Part shown: positions 1 through 7,428 of the stretch, piece after piece
Layout: every line of letters starts with the position of its first letter
Numbering within the stretch: the first letter of the stretch is position 1
Assembly: GCA_041905745.1 (NCBI GenBank)
Contig: JAYRKO010000001.1
Location: 1 to 25,490 of the forward strand
Direction: 5' to 3'
Source: Tagaea sp.
GTDB taxonomy: Bacteria > Pseudomonadota > Alphaproteobacteria > CACIAM-22H2
DNA length: 25,490 bases
The notes under the pieces: model-generated
What the model saw: only the letters and a program-made list of their open reading frames with translations
Told to the model about the DNA's origin: nothing
Databases searched by the model: none
Program-made: the position numbers and the translations under genes

Positions 1-154
1 CTTCGGCGGTCGAGCGGAACACGGCGGCGACATCGTTGTAGCCTTCGACGTCCGCCTTCTGGGCGAAATAGAGGTAGCGGCGGTTGGCCTGGCTCTCGCC
101 GGCGAACGCGTCCTTGAGATGCTTTTCGGTCTTGGTTCCCTTGAGCTTGGGCAT
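1..154 (-). CDS. rbr: Rubrerythrin, N-terminal part (gene runs off the left edge)
   Basis: Manual minus-strand translation from ATG at 154 gives [51 protein letters not shown], the typical rubrerythrin N-terminus ([12 protein letters not shown]). SD-like GAGGGAG lies upstream. Not in the ORF track. Confidence 0.92.
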   Translation of the reverse strand, partial: MPKLKGTKTEKHLKDAFAGESQANRRYLYFAQKADVEGYNDVAAVFRSTAE

Positions 155-241
155 GGGAGGCTCCCTCGTTCCGTCGATGGTTCGGCGCGCACGTTCGTAT
201 CGTGCTTGCGCCCGCCCGGACCCTGCGCCCGGGACGCCCAT

Positions 242-270
242 CATATGGACCCTGCAAGCGTCAGGGTCAA
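242..270 (-). promoter_or_regulatory. Putative sigma70 promoter of rubrerythrin
   Basis: Minus strand TTGACC (270-265), 17 bp spacer, CATATG (247-242), about 80 nt upstream of the rbr ATG. Confidence 0.45.
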
Positions 271-273
271 TAC

Positions 274-290
274 CCTAGAACGATTCCAAA
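274..290. promoter_or_regulatory. Iron control element (ICE, Irr-binding box)
   Basis: Minus strand TTTGGAATCGTTCTAGG matches the ICE consensus TTTRGAAYNRTTCYAAA at 15/17 positions. It sits just upstream of the putative rbr -35 and next to an irr gene. Confidence 0.7.
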
Positions 291-318
291 CTAGTTGAGA
301 ACCGTTTGCAGAATAATA

Positions 319-735
319 TTATTTCGAGGTTACCCGAACGACGACATCGACCCGCGACACGCGCATGCCCGAGGGTGCGGCCGGCAGCGCGGCAAGCGAA
401 ACCTGCTCGGCCGGAATGTCCTGCAAACGGCCTTCGGTCTCGAAATAGAAATGATGGTGATCGCCGGTATTGGTGTCGAAATACGAGCGGCCCGGCTCGA
501 CGACGACCTCGCGCAGAAGCCCGCCGCGCGTGAACTGGTTGAGCGCGTTGTAGATCGTGGCGAGCGGCACGTCGACGCCGGCTGCGCGCGCTTCGGCATG
601 TAGTTCGTCGGCCGTCAGATGGCGGTGCCCGCCCGCTTCCAGCACGCGCAGCAACTGCACGCGCTGGCGCGTCGGGCGCAGGCCCGCCGCCTTGAGGCGC
701 TGAATCGCGGACGCGTAGGGCCGTTCGTCGGTCAT
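319..735 (-). CDS. irr: Fur-family transcriptional regulator, Irr type (start 735 or 744)
   Basis: C-terminal part of ORF 319..1422: LRPTRQR helix, LATIYNALNQF recognition helix, FDTNTGDHHHFYFE with the HHH motif of Irr, and no CxxC motifs. Confidence 0.85.
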   Translation of the reverse strand: MTDERPYASAIQRLKAAGLRPTRQRVQLLRVLEAGGHRHLTADELHAEARAAGVDVPLATIYNALNQFTRGGLLREVVVEPGRSYFDTNTGDHHHFYFETEGRLQDIPAEQVSLAALPAAPSGMRVSRVDVVVRVTSK

Positions 736-766
736 GGAATTCATATATGCCGAAATCGCGGCAAAT

Positions 767-786
767 GAAAGGCCTGCCGGCCTTTC
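767..786 (-). terminator. Stem-loop, possible intrinsic terminator after the CPBP gene
   Basis: Perfect 8-bp inverted repeat GAAAGGCC-N4-GGCCTTTC. On the minus strand the 3' arm runs into TTTCATTT, about 25 nt after the stop at 810. Confidence 0.5.
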
Positions 787-809
787 TGGAATGGCTCCAA
801 TCCGGATAG

Positions 810-1502
810 TCAACCCGGAAAGCCGAAGCCCTGCAGCAAGTCGTTGAGAAAGCGGGCCACGACGGCCGGCCAGAGCGTGCCCGACAGGCGCACGAGGCCC
901 CCCAGAAGGGCCGCGTAGAACACGACCGACACGAACAGGTAGGCGAAGGTGAGCGCGTCGATTTCCGCCAGCAGGAACCAGCCCGGCGCCAGCATCGCGC
1001 CATAGACGAGCGCCTGGATCGCGTCGGCCTTCGCAAAGCCGTAGCGGCGCGCCAACGCCTTCAGCAACAGGCCGCGGAAGACGAATTCCTCGCACAGCGC
1101 AGCAAACAGCAGGCTCGTCGCCGCGACGGCGAATGCGGCCGCCGGCACCGGGGGGATCGCGATCCATTGTCCGCCCGCCAGCACTTCCAGCGCGCGCGAG
1201 ACGAGCGTGAGCAGCGCCACCGCCGGCCAAGCGAGGGCCGGCCGGACGCCCGGCCGCTGGTCGATCGCCGCACGCGGGTCGGCCCGCTCGACGAAACGCA
1301 GCCAGACGAGCGGCAGCGCCAGCCATACGGCACCGCGCCACAGTTCGGCGACGATGCGCGCCGACGCGACGTCGGCGCTCGCCATGTCGCTGAGCGGAAC
1401 GAGGGCGAGCCGCACGCCCCACGCCGCCGCGAGAACCGCGACGAACGCCCAGGGCCGCGTCAGACTGTCGGGCTTCTCAAAAATCGACGCAGCGCCCCGC
1501 AC
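810..1502 (-). CDS. CPBP (Abi/CAAX-protease-like) integral membrane protein with degenerate catalytic motifs
   Basis: Multiple hydrophobic helices and [10 protein letters not shown] (EExxxR). Positions of FxxxH and HxxxN read YGAML and RFLND. GTG start at 1502 is uncertain because it overlaps the upstream gene. Confidence 0.8.
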   Translation of the reverse strand: MRGAASIFEKPDSLTRPWAFVAVLAAAWGVRLALVPLSDMASADVASARIVAELWRGAVWLALPLVWLRFVERADPRAAIDQRPGVRPALAWPAVALLTLVSRALEVLAGGQWIAIPPVPAAAFAVAATSLLFAALCEEFVFRGLLLKALARRYGFAKADAIQALVYGAMLAPGWFLLAEIDALTFAYLFVSVVFYAALLGGLVRLSGTLWPAVVARFLNDLLQGFGFPG

Positions 1503-1641
1503 GCTCCCAGTCGCCGTAGCGCGTGGGCTCCGGGCCCTGCGGCCCGCCGACCTCGGGGGCCGGCTTGGGCGGTACCGGGGGCTTCGCCGGCGGCGGCGTG
1601 GCCGGGGCGACGGCCGGCTTTTCGGTCTTGGCTTCGCTCAT
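1477..1641 (-). CDS. DUF1674 / SDHAF4-like small protein (54 aa)
   Basis: Manual translation: [54 protein letters not shown]. The C-terminal [23 protein letters not shown] signature is diagnostic. Divergent from htpX. Not in the ORF track. Confidence 0.92.
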   Translation of the reverse strand: MSEAKTEKPAVAPATPPPAKPPVPPKPAPEVGGPQGPEPTRYGDWERAGRCVDF

Positions 1642-1681
1642 GGACGACAGCATATGCGCGTCCGCGCCGCCCCCCGCAAGC

Positions 1682-1710
1682 CTTGAACGACAGGCCCGCG
1701 GCGCTTACTT
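1682..1710 (+). promoter_or_regulatory. Putative RpoH (sigma32) promoter of htpX
   Basis: CTTGAA (1682-1687), 16 bp spacer, CTTACTT (1704-1710), resembling the alphaproteobacterial CTTG...CYTATNT consensus. htpX is a classical heat-shock gene. Confidence 0.5.
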
Positions 1711-1718
1711 CCAAGGGC

Positions 1719-2618
1719 ATGAACTACGCCAAGACCGCCATCCTTCTGGCCGCCCTGACCGGCCTGTTCCTTGCCATCGGCTACGCGCTGGGCGGCGAGG
1801 GCGGGATGATGATGGCGCTCGTCTTCGCCGCGGCCACGAACCTGTTCGCGTACTGGAACGCCGACAAGATGGTGCTCGGCATGTACGGCGCGCGCGAGGT
1901 GGGCCCCGACGAAGCGCCCGGCTTCCACCGCATCGTCGCGAACCTCGCGGCCAACGCCGGCCTGCCGATGCCGAAGGTTTACCTGATCGACGACGCCCAG
2001 CCCAATGCCTTTGCCACCGGCCGCAATCCGGAAAATGCCGCCGTGGCCGCCACGCGCGGGCTTCTGGAAATGCTGGACGAGCGCGAGGTCGCCGCCGTGA
2101 TGGCGCACGAACTGGCGCACGTGAAGAACCGCGACACGCTGACGATGACGGTGACCGCGACCGTCGCGGGCGCCATCGGCATGCTCGCGCAGTTCGCGTT
2201 CATGTTCTCGGGCTCGAACAACCGCGAACGCGGCGGGCTTGGCCCCGTGGCGACGATCGCGCTGATGATCCTGGCGCCGCTGGCCGCGAGCCTCGTGCAG
2301 ATGGCGATCAGCCGGAGCCGCGAATACGAAGCCGACCGCGTGGGCGGCGAAATCTCCGGCGACCCGCTGGCGCTGGCCTCGGCGCTGGAGAAGATCGCCG
2401 CCGGCGTGGCGCACGTGCCCAGCGAAGCCGCCGAGCGCAACCCGGCGACCGCGCATCTCTTCATCATGAACCCGCTGTCGGGCGCCGGAATGGACAACCT
2501 CTTCTCGACCCATCCCAATCCGGCAAACCGCATCGCCGCCCTCGTCGAACAGGCGCGCGCGATGGGCGCCGGCGGCGGTTTCGCGCGCGCGGCCCGGCGC
2601 CGCGGGCCCTGGGGCTGA
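1719..2618 (+). CDS. htpX: Zinc metalloprotease HtpX (peptidase M48)
   Basis: [14 protein letters not shown]-terminus, [16 protein letters not shown] (HExxH), [16 protein letters not shown]. Confidence 0.97.
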   Translation: MNYAKTAILLAALTGLFLAIGYALGGEGGMMMALVFAAATNLFAYWNADKMVLGMYGAREVGPDEAPGFHRIVANLAANAGLPMPKVYLIDDAQPNAFATGRNPENAAVAATRGLLEMLDEREVAAVMAHELAHVKNRDTLTMTVTATVAGAIGMLAQFAFMFSGSNNRERGGLGPVATIALMILAPLAASLVQMAISRSREYEADRVGGEISGDPLALASALEKIAAGVAHVPSEAAERNPATAHLFIMNPLSGAGMDNLFSTHPNPANRIAALVEQARAMGAGGGFARAARRRGPWG

Positions 2619-2644
2619 GACGTCCCTACCCTTCGCTTGCCTCT

Positions 2645-2671
2645 GGCGGCCTTCTGGTCCAAAAGGTCGCC
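2645..2671 (+). terminator. Stem-loop between htpX and the methyltransferase gene
   Basis: GGCGGCCTT-N9-AAGGTCGCC forms a 9-bp stem with one G.U pair. No U-tract follows. Confidence 0.3.
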
Positions 2672-2694
2672 TCACGCAAACGGACGGCGACGCA

Positions 2695-3498
2695 ATGGGA
2701 AGCTTCAGGACGGCGCTCAATCGCGGGCTCGCGCGGCTCGGCTACCGGCTGGTGCGCACGGGCCGAAACGACATGTCGACCGTCACCGAGCTGCGCCGCG
2801 AACTGGGTGCCCGCATCGAGGCTTCGTGCGGCGGCACGGTGATGACGGGTCCGTTTGCGGGCATGCGCCTGCCGCCCGTCGACGCGTGGGGCGCCAACGA
2901 CCGCGCCCCGCGGCTGCTGGGCAGCTACGAAAGCGACCTGCACCCGGCCCTCGAGGCCGAGATCGCGCGCAAGCCCGACTGGATCTTCAATATCGGTGCG
3001 GCCGACGGCTACTACGCGGTCGGGCTGGCGCGCCGGCTGCCGGACGCGCGCATCCTCGCCTACGACCCGCTGCCCGAAGCGCGCGAGGCGACACGCCGCG
3101 CGGCCGAACTCAACGGCGTCTACGGGCCGCGCTGGCAGTTCGCCGCCGCCTTCGACCCCGAAACGTTCCAGCCGCCCGGCGCTGGCGAGCGCGGCCTGAT
3201 GTTCGTCGACTGCGAGGGCTGCGAGGCGGCCTTCTGCGAAGCGATGCCCGCGGCGGCCTTCGCGCGCGTTTCGCTGCTGATCGAGAGCCACGATTTCATC
3301 GTGCCCGGCATCGGCGCGCGGCTGGCCGCGCATTTCGCGTCCACGCACGACGTGACGTTCATCCGCGAAGGCGGGCGCGACCCGAACCGCTTCGAGATCC
3401 TGCGCAAGCTCGGCAGCTTCGAGCGCCTGCTCGCGGTGACCGAGGATCGCCCCGAGGCGATGGACTGGCTGTGGATCGTGCCGAAGGCCGGGGGCTGA
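2695..3498 (+). CDS. FkbM-like SAM-dependent methyltransferase (glycan tailoring)
   Basis: LLGSYE, FNIGAADGYYA (motif I), ILAYDP, FVDCEGCE and LLIESH are FkbM-type motifs. Confidence 0.75.
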   Translation: MGSFRTALNRGLARLGYRLVRTGRNDMSTVTELRRELGARIEASCGGTVMTGPFAGMRLPPVDAWGANDRAPRLLGSYESDLHPALEAEIARKPDWIFNIGAADGYYAVGLARRLPDARILAYDPLPEAREATRRAAELNGVYGPRWQFAAAFDPETFQPPGAGERGLMFVDCEGCEAAFCEAMPAAAFARVSLLIESHDFIVPGIGARLAAHFASTHDVTFIREGGRDPNRFEILRKLGSFERLLAVTEDRPEAMDWLWIVPKAGG

Positions 3499-3505
3499 CG
3501 CGCCG

Positions 3506-4528
3506 TCAGTCGGCAGACGTCGGTCCGGCTGCGGCCGTTCCAACGCGCCCCGTTCCCGTCAACGCGCGCAGCACGCCGTAGGCCGCGCCCGCCGCGATCA
3601 CGGAACTGAAATAGGCATTGAGCACGACGGCCGCAGGCAGGAACGAGGGGCGTCGACGCGCGACGAACGCGTAAAAACCCGACATGCACCAGACGAAGGC
3701 CGCCGCCAATGCCGCCGGGATCGGCCAGAGCATGGGCCAAAGGAACGCCAGCACGCCTGTCGCAATCGCCGCGGGCGCCGCAAGCGTGCCCAGCCCGATG
3801 CGGGCGGTTGCAAGCCCGCCGGATTCCAGCTTCGGCGTGCGCACGAAGAATTCCGCCCAGATCGACACGCGGTGGAAATAGGTTCGCGTCAGCTTCGCGA
3901 AGTCGGGAAAGGCATGCTGGGACGTCATCGCGGGATCGAGCAGCAGCCGGTGCCTGCGAACGATGCGCCGGCCGAACTCTTCGTTCTCGTAATCCATTCC
4001 CCAGGCGAAATCTTCGTTGAAGCCGCCGAGTTCGCGGAACACCGTCGCGCGGATACCGGCCGTGCTCGCGGAGAAGGTCTCGTAGGCGAACACGCCTTCG
4101 CGCGAAAAGCCGTAGTAGTTGAAATAGGCCTTGTAGCGCGGCACGGCGCCGTCGTTGAGCGGTTCCATCGCATAGATGCCGCTGACGGCGTCAGCTTCGG
4201 GGATGCGGGCGAGAAATCGCTCGAGCATGTCGGCGCAGGGCCGCGTGTCGCTGTCGACGAAGACGAGGTTTTCCGCGCGCGCTTCGGCCGCCCCGCGATT
4301 TCGGGCGACCGCCGGCCCGCCGTTCTTCGCCAGCGCCACGACGCGCACGACCCCGGGGTGTTCGCTCGCCAGGGAATTCGCCAATCCAAGCGTGTCGTCC
4401 GTCGATTTGTCGTCGACGATCAGGATTTCCAGCGGCCGGACGGTGCCGGAAAGCAGGCCTTCCACGCACGCGCGCAGCGTGGCGGTCGCGTTGTAGGCCG
4501 GGATGATGACGCTTGCGGTCGACGACAA
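3506..4528 (-). CDS. GT2 glycosyltransferase with C-terminal transmembrane helices
   Basis: VIIPAYN, IVDDKSTDDT, GPAVARNRG, VFVDSD (DxD), GGFNEDF and hydrophobic C-terminal segments. TTG start abuts the radical SAM stop. Confidence 0.9.
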   Translation of the reverse strand: MSSTASVIIPAYNATATLRACVEGLLSGTVRPLEILIVDDKSTDDTLGLANSLASEHPGVVRVVALAKNGGPAVARNRGAAEARAENLVFVDSDTRPCADMLERFLARIPEADAVSGIYAMEPLNDGAVPRYKAYFNYYGFSREGVFAYETFSASTAGIRATVFRELGGFNEDFAWGMDYENEEFGRRIVRRHRLLLDPAMTSQHAFPDFAKLTRTYFHRVSIWAEFFVRTPKLESGGLATARIGLGTLAAPAAIATGVLAFLWPMLWPIPAALAAAFVWCMSGFYAFVARRRPSFLPAAVVLNAYFSSVIAAGAAYGVLRALTGTGRVGTAAAGPTSAD

Positions 4529-5680
4529 TCAGGTCTTCGCCGCAGCCGGCGCGCCGGCCGGCCGGCGCTCGCGCGTGCCGATGTTCCCGATGGTGCGCGC
4601 CACCATGCTGGGATAGTTCGAAAAACCCCATACGGCGCTCGCCGCAAGCGCACACTCGAAAGAGCACTTGCACTTCGAGTCCTTGATCCATTCGCGCATG
4701 CGGTCGTTCTCGGCCTGCGCAAGCAGCCGCTTGAGGTCGTATCCGTTGTCGCGAAGCTTGCCCATCGAGCGGCCGAGAATCTCGCAGGGGAAGACCTCGC
4801 CGGTTTCGCTAACCACGACGAGTTTGCGGCCGGCGACGCAGGGCGACACGAACTCGTCGTCGAAGACGACGCGCATCAGGTTGTCGCGCGCCACGTCGGA
4901 AGCCGCGCGCCACACCGGATAGAGGAATCGCGACTCGCGGTTCTTCTCGCGGTCGCGCAGAAATTCGTAGACCGCCTCGTATTTCTGGCGCGCATTCGTC
5001 TTGTAGCCTTCGTTGCGGATGTCGCCCCGTGCGAACGTGACCGAGATGTTGTCGAAATCGAAATTTGCGTCGAGATAGCGAACCGTATCGAGCAACGTAT
5101 CCTCGGACTGCGCCGTGAAGACAGAGTTCGTGTCGAGCGTCAGGTTCTTGTATTTCGCGCGCATCGCCGCCATCCGCGCGTAGCATTCCTCGATCTTGCG
5201 GAACGAGCCCGGCATCGAACGCAACGTGTCGTGCGCCTCGCCGATGCCTTCGATGGAAAAGACGAGCCGGAAATAGGTGTCCGGGTAGGCCGGCAGTATC
5301 TCCGCGAAGAAGCGCTCCATCCGGTCGCCGAGCGACGCGTTCGTCGGGATGGTGACGAAGCGTGGCGTCGTATGGTCGAGCCAGGCGCGCGTCACCGCCT
5401 CGAGATCGGCGCGGATGAAGGCCTCGCCGCCGGTCATCGAGAGCTGGATCAGCGGGCCGACGCTGGCCGCAATCTTGCGGATTTCATCGACTGTCAGTTC
5501 GTCCGGCTTCAGGCCCTTCTCGATCTCCGCGCCGTAGAAGCAGAACTTGCAGCGGAAATTGCAGCGATTCGTGACGTAGAAGATCAGATAGCCGACCTGG
5601 TTGGGATCGGCGAACGAGCGCACATTGCGCCCGAGCGAGCGCAGGCGGCCGGACAGCGGCTTGGAAACGGGTTCGTTCAT
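4529..5680 (-). CDS. Radical SAM protein with SPASM/Twitch auxiliary Fe-S domain
   Basis: CNFRCKFC (CxxxCxxC), TGGE motif, CVAG...GEVFPC and C-terminal CKCSFEC. Confidence 0.92.
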   Translation of the reverse strand: MNEPVSKPLSGRLRSLGRNVRSFADPNQVGYLIFYVTNRCNFRCKFCFYGAEIEKGLKPDELTVDEIRKIAASVGPLIQLSMTGGEAFIRADLEAVTRAWLDHTTPRFVTIPTNASLGDRMERFFAEILPAYPDTYFRLVFSIEGIGEAHDTLRSMPGSFRKIEECYARMAAMRAKYKNLTLDTNSVFTAQSEDTLLDTVRYLDANFDFDNISVTFARGDIRNEGYKTNARQKYEAVYEFLRDREKNRESRFLYPVWRAASDVARDNLMRVVFDDEFVSPCVAGRKLVVVSETGEVFPCEILGRSMGKLRDNGYDLKRLLAQAENDRMREWIKDSKCKCSFECALAASAVWGFSNYPSMVARTIGNIGTRERRPAGAPAAAKT

Positions 5681-5783
5681 AGCTTTTGTGCAATCGGCTC
5701 GCGCAGGGCGGGAATCGGGTCGGCGTATCAGCCGCCGGACAGGGCCTATTTATGGCCGAATCATCCGAAAATCAAATCGGCCG

Positions 5784-5812
5784 GGAAACAAGACCCCGAA
5801 ATTCGTCGGGTC
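5784..5812 (-). terminator. Putative intrinsic terminator after the small ORF
   Basis: Minus strand GACCCGACGAATTTCGGGGTC hairpin (one bulge) followed by TTGTTT, starting at the small ORF stop codon. Confidence 0.4.
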
Positions 5813-5966
5813 AATTCCCAGCCGCGACGACGGCCGGCACTTCAACCGGCCGATCGGCCCGCGCGATCGCCATTCCGCCGAGTATCAGCAGCAGCGCGAT
5901 GACGAGCGCCTGCAGGCGACTCATCGTGCGGGGACGCGAACTGCGCAATGGAGCAAGGTCGGTCAT
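5811..5966 (-). CDS. Small single-TM or secreted protein (51 aa; alternative start 5924 gives 37 aa)
   Basis: MTDLAPLRSSRPRTMSRLQALVIALLLILGGMAIARADRPVEVPAVVAAGN*. Basic N-region, 18-residue hydrophobic core and A-R-A site. It fills an otherwise empty gap and is followed by a terminator-like hairpin. Confidence 0.5.
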   Translation of the reverse strand: MTDLAPLRSSRPRTMSRLQALVIALLLILGGMAIARADRPVEVPAVVAAGN

Positions 5967-6072
5967 GGCGTTTCCCAAGGGTGCGTATCGATTCCCCAAC
6001 CCACGGAAGAACGCAAGGGCCATGCCGCTTATTCCTTGATGCCGGCCGGCACCTCCGCCAAGTTGCGCCCCC

Positions 6073-7395
6073 ATGGCGCCCCGCTCGAAATCCGGACCGA
6101 AAGATCGCAGCCCACAACCCGTAGCGACGGCCCGGGCGGTCGCCCGCGACCTGTTGGAGCGCGTGCTGTCCAAGGGTCGGACTCTCGACGAGGCGGTCGG
6201 CCTGTCGGACGATTTCGGCCGGCTGGAGCCGCGCGACCGTGCCTTCGCGCGGCTGCTCGCGGCAAGCGTCCTGCGCCGATACGGCAGCCTGTCGGCCGTG
6301 GTCGCCGCCTGTCTCGAACGCGGCAGTCCGCCCAAACCGGTCGAGACGATCCTGTTGCTGGGGGCCGCCCAGCTCCTGCTGCTCGAAACGCCCGACCACG
6401 CCGCCGTCGGCGAGACCGTCGCGCTTTGCGCCGGTCGCGCCACGGCGCTCAAGGGATTCGTCAATGCCGTGCTGCGCCGCGTGGCGCGCGAAGGGCGCGC
6501 GATCCTGGGCACGCTCGACGCCGCGAAACTCGATACGCCGCCGTGGCTTTGGCACGTGTTGTCGACCGCTTACGGCGAAGCGGCCGCGCGCGCCTGCGCC
6601 GCCGTCCATGCGGGCGAACCGCCGCTCGACGTCTCCGTGCGCGCGGATGCTGCGAAATGGGCGGCAAAGCTCGGTGCCGTCGTGCTCCCGACCGGTTCGC
6701 TGCGGCTGACCAACGGCGGCAACGTCACCGAACTTCCGGGTTTCGTTGAAGGCGCGTGGTGGATTCAGGATGCCGCCGCGGCGCTGCCGGCACGACTGCT
6801 GGGCGTGACGTCCGGGGACGAAGCGATCGACCTCTGTGCGGCGCCGGGCGGCAAGACGCTGCAGCTTGCCGCCGCGGGTGCGCGCGTGACGGCGGTCGAC
6901 CAGTCGAAGCGACGGCTCGCGATGCTTTCGGAAAATCTCGCGCGCACCGGCCTTGCCGCAACGTGCGTTGCGGCCGACGTCGCCGACTGGCGTCCGCCGG
7001 CGCTGGTCCGCCATGTGCTGCTTGATGCGCCCTGTACGGCCAGTGGAACGCTTCGCCGGCATCCCGAAATCGCCTATCTGAAATCGCCGGCCGACGCCGA
7101 CCGGCTTGTCGGCACGCAAGACCGGCTTCTCGACGCGGCCGCGGAAATGACGGCACCGGGCGGTACGCTTGTCTACGCGGTGTGTTCACTCGATCCGCGC
7201 GAGGGTCGCAGCAGGGTCGCCGCTTTCCTTGCGCGCAACCGGGCCTTTGCGCGCGCGCGCGTTTCGCCGGCCGAAATCGGCGGGTTTGCCGAACTGATCG
7301 ATGCGAACGGCGATCTCCAGACACTGCCCATGCACTGGGCCGATAAGGGCGGCATGGATGGGTTCTACGCCGCCCGGCTCGTGCGCAAGGCTTGA
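6073..7395 (+). CDS. rsmB: RsmB/Sun family 16S rRNA m5C methyltransferase with NusB-like N-terminal domain
   Basis: L..RDRAFARLLAASVLRR, HAAVGETV, VNAVLRR, WIQDAAA, DLCAAPGGKT, LDAPCTASG and VYAVCSL. Confidence 0.93.
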   Translation: MAPRSKSGPKDRSPQPVATARAVARDLLERVLSKGRTLDEAVGLSDDFGRLEPRDRAFARLLAASVLRRYGSLSAVVAACLERGSPPKPVETILLLGAAQLLLLETPDHAAVGETVALCAGRATALKGFVNAVLRRVAREGRAILGTLDAAKLDTPPWLWHVLSTAYGEAAARACAAVHAGEPPLDVSVRADAAKWAAKLGAVVLPTGSLRLTNGGNVTELPGFVEGAWWIQDAAAALPARLLGVTSGDEAIDLCAAPGGKTLQLAAAGARVTAVDQSKRRLAMLSENLARTGLAATCVAADVADWRPPALVRHVLLDAPCTASGTLRRHPEIAYLKSPADADRLVGTQDRLLDAAAEMTAPGGTLVYAVCSLDPREGRSRVAAFLARNRAFARARVSPAEIGGFAELIDANGDLQTLPMHWADKGGMDGFYAARLVRKA

Positions 7396-7428
7396 GGCGG
7401 GTGCGAGTCGCGCGATAGCGTCGCGCGC

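Noticed and set aside
155-165. Tiny hairpin GGGA-GCC-TCCC occluding the rbr SD (thermometer-like)
   Set aside because: A 4-bp stem is too weak to support a regulatory claim.
319-1422. Apparent 367-aa long Fur protein
   Set aside because: Only the last ~140 aa are Fur-like. The upstream part is an off-frame read of the CPBP gene, so this is not a fusion.
1167-1718. N-terminal extension of the htpX ORF (483 aa)
   Set aside because: Homology starts at MNYAKT (1719), and the extension overlaps two real minus-strand genes.
3872-5902. 676-aa plus-strand ORF
   Set aside because: Antisense shadow of the GT2 and radical SAM genes. It has no family motifs, and long stop-free opposite frames are expected at this GC content.
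2695-5966. Reading small ORF + SPASM + GT2 + MTase as a mycofactocin-like or glycocin RiPP cluster
   Set aside because: No MftA-like C-terminus, no RRE/MftB, no peptidase or transporter, and an intervening terminator-like hairpin. Kept only as a minor alternative in the findings.
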